The notes under the pieces were generated by a model that saw only the letters and a program-made list of their open reading frames with translations, was not told the origin of the DNA and ran no database searches. From a virus, in IMG/VR virus record IMGVR_UViG_3300013232_000047, positions 1 to 64,000 of that record: DNA of 64,000 bases; one strand, written 5' to 3'. Position numbers and translations under genes: made by a program. This document shows, piece by piece, positions 18,185 through 28,421 of the stretch; the stretch's first letter is position 1, and each line of letters begins with the position of its first letter.

Positions 18185-20550
18185 GTACCGAAAATACTTT
18201 ACGTTACATCAAGCTCGATTATCAGAGCCACAAGGACGCTTTGCTTCAGCGCATACGTGATCGGTATCCAAATACGTGGAATGATTTTTTGGCTAACAGT
18301 TTTGGTATCGTTCTTGTAGACGTTGTGGCTTGGGGTCTGGCGACGTTGGCTTTTACTCTGAATTTCATCGGAGCCGAGAATTTTTTGTCTACGATGAGAC
18401 TTAGAGAGTCTGCTGTTCGTCTTGGCCGACTGGTCAATTACAGTCTCCGCAGCCCGGTTCCTGCGACAGTTTCTTGTGAAGCAACATTGGCAGGGGGTGT
18501 GATAAGCGCGGCTGTTGTCATACAAAAAGGCACATTGATTCGCACGTCAGATTCAAATAATTTGCCGTTTGAGGTTGCCAGTGATTATCGAATTGAAGCG
18601 GGGTACCTTACACCCCAGACCCCTGTTGTAACGTTTTCTCCATCTCAAGCCGGGGCGAACGTGCTTAATACCTTCGTCAACGTTACTAGCAATTCAGCTA
18701 ACGTGGACCCTGTGGATTCAACAATTGATCTGTCTCAGTTTGTTCAGGCCGGGCAGACCTTCAGCGTAGACGGGGTGACGTTGTACACGATTCAGAGTAT
18801 CGAACAAGCTCCGGGGGCTGTTAGTCTTTATTCACGTATTGTGCTTACAACCGCTTACACAGGGACAACTGCCATTACGTCTGCTTCGGTAATTGACACG
18901 CGTATTCAGTTGATTCAGGGCCAGACCATATCGGAACGTTACGTGGCTCCTTCAGGTGCGACAGATGGCTACGCTCTTAAATTAAGCCGGACTTCGGTTA
19001 TTGACAATTCTACCCTTGTTACGGTGGCTGGGGAGACGTGGTCCCAAGCAGAGAGCGTTGGTGTTTCAGGACCCTTTGACAAGGTGTATCAGATCCGCAC
19101 GCTTACGTCTGGCTCAACGCTTATTCTGTTTGGTGATGGCGTGTTCGGTATGGCCGTACCTTCTAACGCGCCTATTGAAGTGATTTATCGTGTTGGTGGA
19201 GGTATTGCCGGTAACATTGACCTGAACGTGATCAATACGTCGATTACGGGCTCTATCGAAAGTCTAGCAAGCCCGACTACAGTTTTAATATCAAATCAGA
19301 CTTCTACGGGTGTTGGAGGAAATGACGCGGAAACACTGGATCAAGCACGTGTAAACATTCCCTATTTTGCTCGCACAAACAATAGGGCTGTAACTTTGGA
19401 AGATTATCAGACGCTGGCGCAGCAGTATTCTGATGCTCAACTAGGCTCTGTTGCCTACGCTCGTGCTACTGTGCGTCGAGATAATGCATTGCTGGAGGGT
19501 AATATTGTCGCGATTTATGCGTGGTCAACGGGGATAAACGGCGGGTTGGTAGCTTGTACACCTCAGCTTAAATTGGCGCTTCAAGACTACCTTCAGACTA
19601 AATCAATAGGCACAGATTTTGTGCAGATTTACAACGGTTCAGCTCGACCAGTACCTATTAGCCTTCGATTTAAGGTATTCGACGGGTTCAGTATATCTGA
19701 TACAAAACGTCTGGTTACAGACACGATTCGAGCATTTGTGAATACTCTCCGGCCCGGCGATCCCATTTTTTATTCGAATTTGCTGCGGGCAATGGATGAA
19801 ACTTACGGTGTTGACACAGTTAACATGGCCACGCCTATCAATGATTTGTATCCGTCTAATGACTTTGAGCTGTTCAGTGTACCTCAAGATACACTTGCCT
19901 ATTCTATTACCAAGAATGGAGCCAGCTCACCCAAGGACGATGGCACGGGACTAGGCGTTGTTAGCTTATACGCGGCGCAGTTGCCTGTATTTCCGTTGGC
20001 GGCTTGGTCTTTTAAGCTTTACCTCGGCACCAGTGAATTGACCATTATGCCTTATGTTACGGCAGGGTACGCCCGGCTGTTTGGCCAAAATTTGAGCACA
20101 GCTGACACAGTGCAAGTGGACGGTGAGTTTGTAAACTTCAACTCGACTGTAAATCTGCTTACAGGCCAAGTGAACCTGTGGATTCGAGGTGCGCCGGGTG
20201 ATCTTACCATGAAGCTGGTTACCGTTCAGGGGTATTCTACGGAGCGCGTGGTTAATGTGTACATCGGGTACATTGGCGAGAATACTCAGTCTAAACGTCA
20301 GGAGATTCGGTCAGCCCTTCGATCATGGAGTGACGGCATGTTTATTGGAGGCGCAATGTATGCTCGGCAAGTGACAGGCATATCTGCTTCACAGGTTAGC
20401 GTAACAGACGTGGTTGCCTCTGTATCAGGTGTTGACACCGTAACCCGTGTGGCATTGGGTACTCCCGGCAACAATGACAGTAGGATTACGGCGGCAGATT
20501 ACGAACTGTTGCGCGTGGGCAACGTGATTATCAATAACCAATCAGCCTAA
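18181..20550 (+). CDS. baseplate wedge protein (T4 gp6 / baseplate J-like)
   Basis: LDY..K..L..I...YP..WNDF, FGDG..G, YRVGGG..GN, GGNDAET, RAVTLEDY. Confidence 0.9.
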   Translation: MSTENTLRYIKLDYQSHKDALLQRIRDRYPNTWNDFLANSFGIVLVDVVAWGLATLAFTLNFIGAENFLSTMRLRESAVRLGRLVNYSLRSPVPATVSCEATLAGGVISAAVVIQKGTLIRTSDSNNLPFEVASDYRIEAGYLTPQTPVVTFSPSQAGANVLNTFVNVTSNSANVDPVDSTIDLSQFVQAGQTFSVDGVTLYTIQSIEQAPGAVSLYSRIVLTTAYTGTTAITSASVIDTRIQLIQGQTISERYVAPSGATDGYALKLSRTSVIDNSTLVTVAGETWSQAESVGVSGPFDKVYQIRTLTSGSTLILFGDGVFGMAVPSNAPIEVIYRVGGGIAGNIDLNVINTSITGSIESLASPTTVLISNQTSTGVGGNDAETLDQARVNIPYFARTNNRAVTLEDYQTLAQQYSDAQLGSVAYARATVRRDNALLEGNIVAIYAWSTGINGGLVACTPQLKLALQDYLQTKSIGTDFVQIYNGSARPVPISLRFKVFDGFSISDTKRLVTDTIRAFVNTLRPGDPIFYSNLLRAMDETYGVDTVNMATPINDLYPSNDFELFSVPQDTLAYSITKNGASSPKDDGTGLGVVSLYAAQLPVFPLAAWSFKLYLGTSELTIMPYVTAGYARLFGQNLSTADTVQVDGEFVNFNSTVNLLTGQVNLWIRGAPGDLTMKLVTVQGYSTERVVNVYIGYIGENTQSKRQEIRSALRSWSDGMFIGGAMYARQVTGISASQVSVTDVVASVSGVDTVTRVALGTPGNNDSRITAADYELLRVGNVIINNQSA

Positions 20551-21188
20551 ACATGCTGGAATATGGCCCAGCCGTAACGATTCTGTCCGTTAGCGAATAG
20601 CTTGTAATTCGGGTCGCTGCTGAGATGTCTAAGGCTAGGTCCTGTTTTCATGCTGCGCACATCGTCTAAGGCAATGAATTTAGATCCGTAGACGGCTTTA
20701 AATTCTGCGTCACCACTGAACAGTGAGCTGTCAATAAGCACGAAGTCGAATGGGCCACCATTGAGCGCTAGTGCTTGTGCAATACCATTATCAGGTACTC
20801 CACTTTTGGCCTGATAATCAATTTCCATCTGGAGCCAGCTTTTATAGGTGTCGCCGCTAAATTCGTTTCCGTAGTGAGGAACGTAAGCATCAATCTGTGC
20901 GGGGGTAAGCCACTGTTCTTTGGGAACGCTGAAGGCATTGATGCAGGTGATCCTCGCTCTCCCAGCATAACGTTGCTGGAGGGCTTCAAAGCGCTCTTTT
21001 GAGGCTTCAAGGCTGTATAGCTCAGCAACAGTATTAGTGTGCATGCCACGCATAAAGCAGGCTGTGCTACCATCTCCAGAGGATGCTCCTAGTTCGAGGA
21101 TAGACTTGATGGGGAAGCTGGCGACAGTAGTTTCCAATGCTAAGGCAAACTCGTCGTTTGTTATTTCGGGGCCGATGATGTTGTTCAT
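20547..21188 (-). CDS. class I SAM-dependent methyltransferase-like protein
   Basis: ILELGASSGDGST, FDFVLID, IALDD. Confidence 0.75.
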   Translation of the reverse strand: MNNIIGPEITNDEFALALETTVASFPIKSILELGASSGDGSTACFMRGMHTNTVAELYSLEASKERFEALQQRYAGRARITCINAFSVPKEQWLTPAQIDAYVPHYGNEFSGDTYKSWLQMEIDYQAKSGVPDNGIAQALALNGGPFDFVLIDSSLFSGDAEFKAVYGSKFIALDDVRSMKTGPSLRHLSSDPNYKLFANGQNRYGWAIFQHV

Positions 21189-21661
21189 TTGTTTTGTGCT
21201 TTTTTAAGACTTAAAAACCATGGTCGGTTGAAGTTGAGTTCAGATAACATTCGTTCTACGTCACCGTTTTTATAGGGATAAAATACCTGAATATTGCTGA
21301 ACATAGACATAAGCTTGGGCGCATCGAGTTCAATGTGGGAAGGGCCGTAAGTGGGATAGCCAGAATAGCCAACGAGACCTACGGGCACTTTTTGACAGTG
21401 AACATCCAGCTTGATCTGTTCGAAGGCACGTTCGATAAGGAACGGGGTGATAGTGTATACAATTGGATGAAGACCCGCCATAGCCATTCCAGCGGCTATG
21501 CCAATCATGCTTTGTTCTGCGACTCCTATTTCAATGTGGCGACCCGGACATTTGGCTCTAAAGTCATCAAATAGGGCACCTCCTACGTCACCGGTGAGGA
21601 GGTAAATTAGAGGGTCTTTTTCGGCAAGTGACGTCAGCACTCGTGCAAATTCGTAGCGCAT
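21185..21661 (-). CDS. transketolase pyrimidine-binding subunit (short, no C-terminal domain)
   Basis: IEIGVAEQSMIGIAAGMA, RAFEQIK, GPSH. Confidence 0.9.
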   Translation of the reverse strand: MRYEFARVLTSLAEKDPLIYLLTGDVGGALFDDFRAKCPGRHIEIGVAEQSMIGIAAGMAMAGLHPIVYTITPFLIERAFEQIKLDVHCQKVPVGLVGYSGYPTYGPSHIELDAPKLMSMFSNIQVFYPYKNGDVERMLSELNFNRPWFLSLKKAQNK

Positions 21662-21662
21662 A

Positions 21663-22307
21663 TCAGGTGAGTTCAGTTAAAGCTTGGGCGTACTCCTCGT
21701 CGGTGAGGTAGTGGACGTGCCATTCCGGGTGTTGTTCAAAAAAGCTAATGCCCATTCCTTTGGGAATGCCGTATGTTGCGATCGGAAAAATCTGTCGCAT
21801 TTTTTCGATAATGAAAGGGTCTAAGTGTTCACACGAGCCTTGAAAGCCGTTATCATCAACATGGACCGTAAGCCAGCTTCGTAATCCTAGTCTGTTGGCT
21901 AGGACTAGACTTTCCCATGTAGTGCCTTCAAGACATTCACCATCACCTAGAAGTACGTGTACATGTCCGGGCTGACAGGCCCGTTTCTTAGCTAGTGCCA
22001 ATCCGACAGCGATCGGAAGGCCGTGTCCAAGACTTCCGGTGGTACAAGTGACACCGTTTGCGATGTCACGTTCAGGGTGTATGCAGCGAACGTCAGGATG
22101 ATACCCTAGTGCTTCTAAGACGGCATACCACGCAGGGCAAGCATGTCCTTTGCTCAGGATGAACACATCGTTCTCAAGATCCATCGTCTGGTAGAGATAC
22201 ACGATGATAGGCAAGGCGCTTAAGCTACCACACAGGTGCCCGTGTGAATGCTGTTTAGCCATGGTCACCATACGGCGGCGCAGTGCTTTTATATCAAGCG
22301 ATACCAT
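21663..22307 (-). CDS. transketolase N-terminal ThDP-binding subunit
   Basis: FILSKGHA, TGSLGHGL, GDGE...N ThDP motif. Confidence 0.9.
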   Translation of the reverse strand: MVSLDIKALRRRMVTMAKQHSHGHLCGSLSALPIIVYLYQTMDLENDVFILSKGHACPAWYAVLEALGYHPDVRCIHPERDIANGVTCTTGSLGHGLPIAVGLALAKKRACQPGHVHVLLGDGECLEGTTWESLVLANRLGLRSWLTVHVDDNGFQGSCEHLDPFIIEKMRQIFPIATYGIPKGMGISFFEQHPEWHVHYLTDEEYAQALTELT

Positions 22308-22866
22308 AAAATATAAACCAGTTTGTTCGGTCTATGAAGCCAGTGTGTACAGGGAGGTTCATCCAACGCGCATAGTCTTGAACAGCTCGGCTTACACCCG
22401 GATAATCAGCAGTGTAGTCATCGCCGCAGAGCAGGCCGCCGTCGCGGATCTTTGGACCCCAAGCTTCTAGGTCAGCCAGCGTTGCGTCGTAGCTGTGGTT
22501 GGCATCGAGATAAGCAAAGTCCAAACTTCGGTCTTTGAACGTTTGGGCTGTTTCAACAGAAAAAGCATGGATGATTTCGCTGCGTACGCCGAAGGGCGCT
22601 AGCTTGGCAACTGTCATCTGGTAGTTCTGCTTCTGACCTTGCGGATTGTCCGTATAAATAGCCGGGTCTTGTTCCACCCAGCAGTCGAGTGAGTAGAGCT
22701 TTTTTCCTTGCCACTTGGTAAGCAGCTGAACGGAAAAGTCTCCTCTATATGTGCCAACTTCGATGCCTGATTCGGTGAAGCCAAGCATATTCAGGACGAA
22801 GCCTAAATCGTCCCGGCGAATTGTTTTGATTGCATCTTGAGCTTTAGATGTAGCTGTCATAATCAA
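22294..22866 (-). CDS. SAM methyltransferase (Methyltransf_24-like)
   Basis: IEVGTYRG, FAYLDANHSY, GGLLCGDDY. Confidence 0.85.
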   Translation of the reverse strand: MIMTATSKAQDAIKTIRRDDLGFVLNMLGFTESGIEVGTYRGDFSVQLLTKWQGKKLYSLDCWVEQDPAIYTDNPQGQKQNYQMTVAKLAPFGVRSEIIHAFSVETAQTFKDRSLDFAYLDANHSYDATLADLEAWGPKIRDGGLLCGDDYTADYPGVSRAVQDYARWMNLPVHTGFIDRTNWFIFYGIA

Positions 22867-23432
22867 AAAAACCAGTCTTGGATAATTTTACCTGCTGCGC
22901 TATAGTCTGCTTTAATTTTGTTCATCTCGATGTCCCAGCCAGTGCCTTTGTGATGAAATTCTACAAAGAAGGTGCTGATACGCCTTAGCGCTTCGGGGTA
23001 GCCTAGTAGCGCAGGTAGCGCCGTGAATTCTCCACCTTCACAGTCCAGTTTCAGCTCAATGACGTCATTGGGTGCCGTATGTCGAAGGATGAACTCAGGC
23101 AGTGAGACCATCGGGAATACTAATTCGTATCCGGCATTTAAGTTTACAACGGGTGTCGGTGGGTTGCAGTAAAGGTAGCGCTCAAAGGAGTCTCCACGGG
23201 GATCTATCTTAGGAAAAAATTCAGCAGTTGTGTTTTCTCCACCTATACCGAACGGACAGAGCACTACAGAATAGCGACTTTTAACGGCGTCTATTTTGGC
23301 CATGAGCTGCGGAAAGTGACGAATAGACGGCTCAAAACACCAGATTTTCCAGCCATCATGCTTGTTGTTTCCGACGAGGTAATCGTCAAAAGTTTGGCCG
23401 ATGTTGGCTCCTACATCAAAGAAGTGGTTCAT
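22863..23432 (-). CDS. FkbM-family methyltransferase
   Basis: FFDVGANIG, CFEP, LKLDCEGGE. Confidence 0.85.
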   Translation of the reverse strand: MNHFFDVGANIGQTFDDYLVGNNKHDGWKIWCFEPSIRHFPQLMAKIDAVKSRYSVVLCPFGIGGENTTAEFFPKIDPRGDSFERYLYCNPPTPVVNLNAGYELVFPMVSLPEFILRHTAPNDVIELKLDCEGGEFTALPALLGYPEALRRISTFFVEFHHKGTGWDIEMNKIKADYSAAGKIIQDWFF

Positions 23433-24520
23433 ATAAAGTTATCGTGGGCACTTAGAATATCATGCATTAGGATGTTTTTCTCGTCGTTGGCGCACTGATG
23501 CTGGCAGGCTGCAGTGGGGTCCAACGTTTCAAAAAATTTCTTGGTTTCGTCGTTGAACCAAAGGTCTGCGAATCTTTGATTAACAATGGAGCCGACCTTA
23601 CCTTTGGCGTCGTACGCCTTGTTGTGACAGGCGTAAACGTTGCCATCTGCAGCAATGACTGGAACGATCTGCATGAACAAGCACTTGTGATACTTGCGTA
23701 CGGTGGAGTGGGAGGGTGAGGCTAGATCATAGGTGCTGTTTACCTCGAACTTGCCGTCCACGAACGCTTGTGCTGCTTGGAGCTGAGCTAGCACTTTTTC
23801 TCGGATTGGAGCGTGGTATTCCTGCATGTTCGGTATCCACATCGGGCTGAAGCGCACGTTCTCCGCGCCGTGCGCTTTGAACAGGTGTGCTGCTTCAAAG
23901 AGGCCATCACAGTTGCCCTTGTGAACAATGTAGTTCAAAAACAAGTTACAGCCGGGGTCTTTGAGAAGACTGAAGTCTTTAAGGTTCTTCATCAACGCTT
24001 CGAACATGCGTTCTTGCACGTTGCGGTGCGCATGCATCTGCTTGGCATTATGATAATCGACTGATACACGAACCCATTTGGCTTTGCCCAGAACGGCGGC
24101 TCGTTCACCAGAGAGTGCTTGACCATTGGTGATAATGGACAGGTCTATGCCAAGCTCTAGCGTGCGTTTCATAACTTGGACGATGCCACCATGCACCAGC
24201 GGTTCACCACCACCGGAATAGGTGACTGCTTTGACGCCCATAGCGTGGAAGTCATCGAGTATTTCCAGCAGTTTGTCCGTGGTCAGCTCGGCGATCTTAC
24301 CCACATAATTGGTCTCACGGTCAGGTGAGAGCTCATGCATTCCGGAGAATGAAGCTTTGTATACACAGAAAAAACAATCGTGGTTGCATCTGTTGGTTGG
24401 CTTGACTCGCACGTAGATCGGTGCGGTTACCGTGCCCCGGCGAAATGACTCCAGTTTCTCTGGAAACCATGCGATTTTATGAATGCTGTATTTGTTGCTG
24501 CTCATGGCCGTATAATCCAA
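23429..24520 (-). CDS. radical SAM/SPASM protein
   Basis: CNHDCFFC, SGGGEP, C-terminal C..GNVYAC..C..C SPASM cysteines. Confidence 0.9.
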   Translation of the reverse strand: MDYTAMSSNKYSIHKIAWFPEKLESFRRGTVTAPIYVRVKPTNRCNHDCFFCVYKASFSGMHELSPDRETNYVGKIAELTTDKLLEILDDFHAMGVKAVTYSGGGEPLVHGGIVQVMKRTLELGIDLSIITNGQALSGERAAVLGKAKWVRVSVDYHNAKQMHAHRNVQERMFEALMKNLKDFSLLKDPGCNLFLNYIVHKGNCDGLFEAAHLFKAHGAENVRFSPMWIPNMQEYHAPIREKVLAQLQAAQAFVDGKFEVNSTYDLASPSHSTVRKYHKCLFMQIVPVIAADGNVYACHNKAYDAKGKVGSIVNQRFADLWFNDETKKFFETLDPTAACQHQCANDEKNILMHDILSAHDNFI

Positions 24521-25071
24521 GTGCTACCATTTGATCCTGACAGGCGAACACCGCTCGGAAAGGCTTCGTCCACGGCACGTTTGACATGCTGTGGTCCATT
24601 CCAGCCGTAGTCGTGTCCGGCGAGGTAACCGCCGGGTTTTACTTTTGAGCGCCACGCAGCGATATCCGATTTCACAGGTTCGTAGGCATGCTGGGCATCT
24701 ATGAAGACCATGAAGGCGCTGCTATCTTCAAAATATTTGGAGGCTTCCAGTGACGGCAACGGCATAGGCACTATGATAGACTGTGCGCCACAGGCACGAA
24801 CATTGTTTACGAACTGATGCCATACGTGGCCATAGTGGGCTCGTATTAGCACTTGATCTTCAGGGCAGTGTTCTTCAGAACCGCGCCACGTATCCACTGC
24901 AAATACGCGGATATCCTTTCCGCTTGCGCTGACAGCTTCAGCTAGATAGATGACAGATCGGCCCAGCCAACAGCCGACTTCAATCAGGGTGCTGCCATTA
25001 GGCGCTGCTGCTACGACTTCGTTGTATACACTTTCGAAATCGAAGTATCCGGGTACACTGGTGTAGTTCAT
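24502..25071 (-). CDS. SAM methyltransferase (Methyltransf_24-like)
   Basis: IEVGCWLGRS, FIDAQHAYE, KPGGYLAGHDY; paralog of 25577..26131. Confidence 0.88.
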   Translation of the reverse strand: MNYTSVPGYFDFESVYNEVVAAAPNGSTLIEVGCWLGRSVIYLAEAVSASGKDIRVFAVDTWRGSEEHCPEDQVLIRAHYGHVWHQFVNNVRACGAQSIIVPMPLPSLEASKYFEDSSAFMVFIDAQHAYEPVKSDIAAWRSKVKPGGYLAGHDYGWNGPQHVKRAVDEAFPSGVRLSGSNGSTWIIRP

Positions 25072-25580
25072 GGCTTTATGAATTGTTTGACGTTGCTGAC
25101 AACGGTGGTTCCACGAGTGTACGTGCCTCCATCTTTAGCCCAAATTCCGCTCACGTAGTCATCACAGCGATACTTGAATGTATCGAAGCTGTTGCCCCAA
25201 GCGTAGTCTGGGTGGCAGGTTGGTTCGGTGTCATGGCAGATTAGGAAGTCCGCGTTATTGGCCTCTTGGAGCAGAATGGCCCGGCGCTGTCTGCCGGGAT
25301 CAAAGTCAATGAACAGCACTCCAGCGTGAGGAACCATAGCTTGATAGTAGCTGTAGTCACTTACCAGCACAAATACATGGTTAGGTGTGGACAGGTGAGT
25401 GTACCTAGATAGCCACTCCATGTTATTGTCTACAGATACGATGTAGCGATCAGGAAAGGTGTCATGAAGCAGTTGTGTGCTCCAGTCACCTGTGCCGAGT
25501 TCAATAATCGGGCCTGTGGTTTGTCGGCAAGCTGCTAGGAGTATAAGTTGGTGGGTTCCGTACGGATCAAATGGGTTCAT
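25068..25580 (-). CDS. methyltransferase-fold protein
   Basis: IIELGTGDWST, LFID, ICHDTE. Confidence 0.7.
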   Translation of the reverse strand: MNPFDPYGTHQLILLAACRQTTGPIIELGTGDWSTQLLHDTFPDRYIVSVDNNMEWLSRYTHLSTPNHVFVLVSDYSYYQAMVPHAGVLFIDFDPGRQRRAILLQEANNADFLICHDTEPTCHPDYAWGNSFDTFKYRCDDYVSGIWAKDGGTYTRGTTVVSNVKQFIKP

Positions 25581-26131
25581 AGCTTAATCATCCATGTGGA
25601 GTTTACTGTATCAATAGTCACATTTTTTGAAAAAGTTTCGTCCACTGCCCTACAAACGCCAGACCAGTAGGGGTTGTAGTCGTGGCCCGCTAGTATTCCG
25701 CCGGGTTTTACTTTCGGACGCCAAGCGGCGATATCCGCTTTGACGGCTTCGTATGCGTGGTCTGCGTCGATAAAGGCCATGAAAATGCTTTCGTCTTCAA
25801 AGAAAGTTGCGGCTTCTGTTGATGGAAGGCACATGGGCGTTATGACAGACTGTACTCCGCAGGCACGAACATTGTTTACGAATTCGTGCCATAAAAAACC
25901 ATGGTGCTTGCACTCGATGGGTGGCAAGTGTCCTTCGGACCAGTGCCACGTGTCTACGGCAAAAATACGGAGGTCTTTTTTGCTGGCAAGGACTGCTTCA
26001 GCCAGATAGATAACCGATCTGCCAAACCAGCAGCCAATTTCAACGAGAGTGCTACCATTAGGCGCGGTATTTACTGCTTCGCAGTACACCTCGTTAAATC
26101 CTAAGTAGCCCCTAACGTCTGCGTGATTCAT
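25577..26131 (-). CDS. SAM methyltransferase (Methyltransf_24-like)
   Basis: VEIGCWFGRS, FIDADHAYE, KPGGILAGHDY. Confidence 0.88.
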   Translation of the reverse strand: MNHADVRGYLGFNEVYCEAVNTAPNGSTLVEIGCWFGRSVIYLAEAVLASKKDLRIFAVDTWHWSEGHLPPIECKHHGFLWHEFVNNVRACGVQSVITPMCLPSTEAATFFEDESIFMAFIDADHAYEAVKADIAAWRPKVKPGGILAGHDYNPYWSGVCRAVDETFSKNVTIDTVNSTWMIKL

Positions 26132-26940
26132 GTGCTTTGGAGCTGTTTAATGACTTGCTGGTAACTTTGAGTCCTGTTCAGAGTTGCATTCTGACCCGGC
26201 CAGTAGGGCATGTATTGGCTCAGTTGAACTGGCCATTGGGTATTAGACTGAAGCGCCCGCCAGTAGGCGAGCATGTTGGTTTGTCTGTAGTAGTTTTCTT
26301 TGAAACGAACCTGCTGCTCCAAGGCATAGCCAAAGTGGGCGAAGATAAGTCCTAAACCACCTGTTTCAGGACGGGAAAGTACACGGCCTTCGTAGGCAAT
26401 GGCTGGGGGCTCATGGGCTTGCCAAGGTTCGCCTGCGTAACGATGAGTTCGAATCCATGAATGGCTTATGCTGTCGCCGTAAGATTCTGTGTTTACTACG
26501 TGGATGTCTGCACCGTAGTAGCAGTCGGAGTAGTACCAGCCTTTGCCAGCATCTTGGTGCGTGAACAGGTCGTGGATAGTTTCGAGCTGGGTGCGGGACC
26601 AAAATTCATCTACATCAACTTCATGGAGCACTGCACCTTTAGAGATGTTTACGAGGGGTGCGTTGCACATGTCCAGTTTGCCATGCCATGGTCCGGGATT
26701 ACGGTACACTAAAACTTGATCACTACGTATGGAATCAAGGTACTCGGTTGTGCCGTCGTTGGATAGCCAGTTGTTGTGGTCGGTTGGTAGAACCGGTTGG
26801 CACCAACTGGTGCATTTTTCAGGAAGGGCAACACCTTCGATAATGTGCCAGCGCCACGGGACAGACAGCCGGGAGAAAATAGTCAGGTGTTCCTTGATGA
26901 AGGGCATTCCGTTTAAGACTAACGTGAATATTTCTAGCAT
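26128..26940 (-). CDS. glycosyltransferase (GT-A fold)
   Basis: SNDGTTEYL, EVDVDEFW DxD motif. Confidence 0.8.
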   Translation of the reverse strand: MLEIFTLVLNGMPFIKEHLTIFSRLSVPWRWHIIEGVALPEKCTSWCQPVLPTDHNNWLSNDGTTEYLDSIRSDQVLVYRNPGPWHGKLDMCNAPLVNISKGAVLHEVDVDEFWSRTQLETIHDLFTHQDAGKGWYYSDCYYGADIHVVNTESYGDSISHSWIRTHRYAGEPWQAHEPPAIAYEGRVLSRPETGGLGLIFAHFGYALEQQVRFKENYYRQTNMLAYWRALQSNTQWPVQLSQYMPYWPGQNATLNRTQSYQQVIKQLQST

Positions 26941-26942
26941 GG

Positions 26943-27712
26943 TTATAGGAGTTTTTGGTCTACTAGGAAATTAGCAGCACCTTGGATGTAGCCGAAGTGA
27001 TGGCACGTTGTGTCGTAGTCGAGTTTGATATAGTCCAGTAAAACTATGCGAAGCTTCACTTTGCCTGCGTTGGTTTTGTTCCACGTAAGCCAGCTAGGGC
27101 CTGTGCTTATCATCAAGTGATACTTGCAGAAATTAGACACGTTTCCTATGCCGCTGATGCTGATACCCTGTTCGAATGTACAGGGCACACCTGCAATAGA
27201 CGGGTTAGTTGTGATGACTGTATGACCTTTTTCTAGTAGCAGCTCGATGAGTGAATTCATCTCGCTCACATTGTAGTTGAATTGGCCGCTGAGCGGCTGA
27301 GCGTTTACCACAAGGAAGTCAAACGGCTTACTGAGTGTCGTTGGTTTGTCGATGGAAGGGAAATCCCACCAAAGGTCTGCAACGGTTTTAAAAGGGTTAG
27401 GTAACCCGGCTTCTTTGCTGATTATGCCGAACCATTCCAGCCAAAATGGCAGCATTTGGTTACGGTTAGGGTGCGTGTGCCAGTATTGGCCTCGTCCAAT
27501 CCAGCAGTTTATGGCTTGCGGTGTCTTTTCTTCTAGAGCACCGAGACGGGCGTTGGGAAGGTGTTCAATGGTCTCGGCGAGCTGGGCATGATGTTCTTTT
27601 CGGCAGTAAAATATGAACTCGTCATTCGGAAACTTTGGCGCGAGCCTGTGAAAGTAGAGGCATTGAAACAGTCCGTCGCCAAGGTGCCAGTCATTAAAGA
27701 ATTCGTAGGTCA
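26943..27712 (-). CDS. glycosyltransferase-like protein (GT-B/GT9-like); start likely MTYEFF
   Basis: HLGDGLF N-terminal motif, STGPSW; position in glycan cluster. Confidence 0.6.
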
Positions 27713-28348
27713 TATCTTCGTATAAGGTAGACAAAATCCCCGATAGCCCTCTGCCCACCAGTAGCAAGTTTTCTTGTCGCTTCCTTCTACAGGCAGCATG
27801 TCGTTTCGAACTGCGACACGATGAAGGTGCGAGCACTGGACGCTAAGCGCTGGATTCGAGGCGGTCAAGCCAGATTCCACAGCTTTTTGCACAAGCAGGG
27901 AATCACAGCCTACAATGCCAAGGATAAGATTCCAGCCGTCAAATTGCTTGATTGGAGCTTTGAAAACCCACGTGTCTTGTGATCCTTCATTCTGGAGCCT
28001 GCCATCTTCATTGGTCCGTGTGATGGCAAATAGATGATTTCCCCAGCACTCTTTGGGCAGGTAGATGAACTTTGTGAGAGTGTCGTTGTACATGACATCC
28101 GTGTTGGAGACGACACAGATTTTTTCGGGGTAAAACTGATTGGCATACTGGAAAAAGTCTCCGTAAAGCATTCTGCGCGGCATGTCTACAGTAATGAGCT
28201 TTTCATGTGTGATGCTGGGTCGGGCACCTTTTTCACAAAGTAGCACGACGTTCTTAAAGAAAGGCTGTGCTAGGTTGTGCTTTAAGCACACTTCCAATTC
28301 TTCAGCGCGTTCCGGTGTCGTCGGAAAGAAAGCTGTCAGCAGTATCAT
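27710..28348 (-). CDS. glycosyltransferase-like protein
   Basis: VSNTDVMY, SQDTWVF, LGIVGCD, HLH. Confidence 0.65.
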   Translation of the reverse strand: MILLTAFFPTTPERAEELEVCLKHNLAQPFFKNVVLLCEKGARPSITHEKLITVDMPRRMLYGDFFQYANQFYPEKICVVSNTDVMYNDTLTKFIYLPKECWGNHLFAITRTNEDGRLQNEGSQDTWVFKAPIKQFDGWNLILGIVGCDSLLVQKAVESGLTASNPALSVQCSHLHRVAVRNDMLPVEGSDKKTCYWWAEGYRGFCLPYTKI

Positions 28349-28421
28349 GCGTTAAAGAACTAAATATTGAGCAATATTTTCTGGTTGACTGAATTGTTTT
28401 ATTCGTATACGTTTTGCCTCA

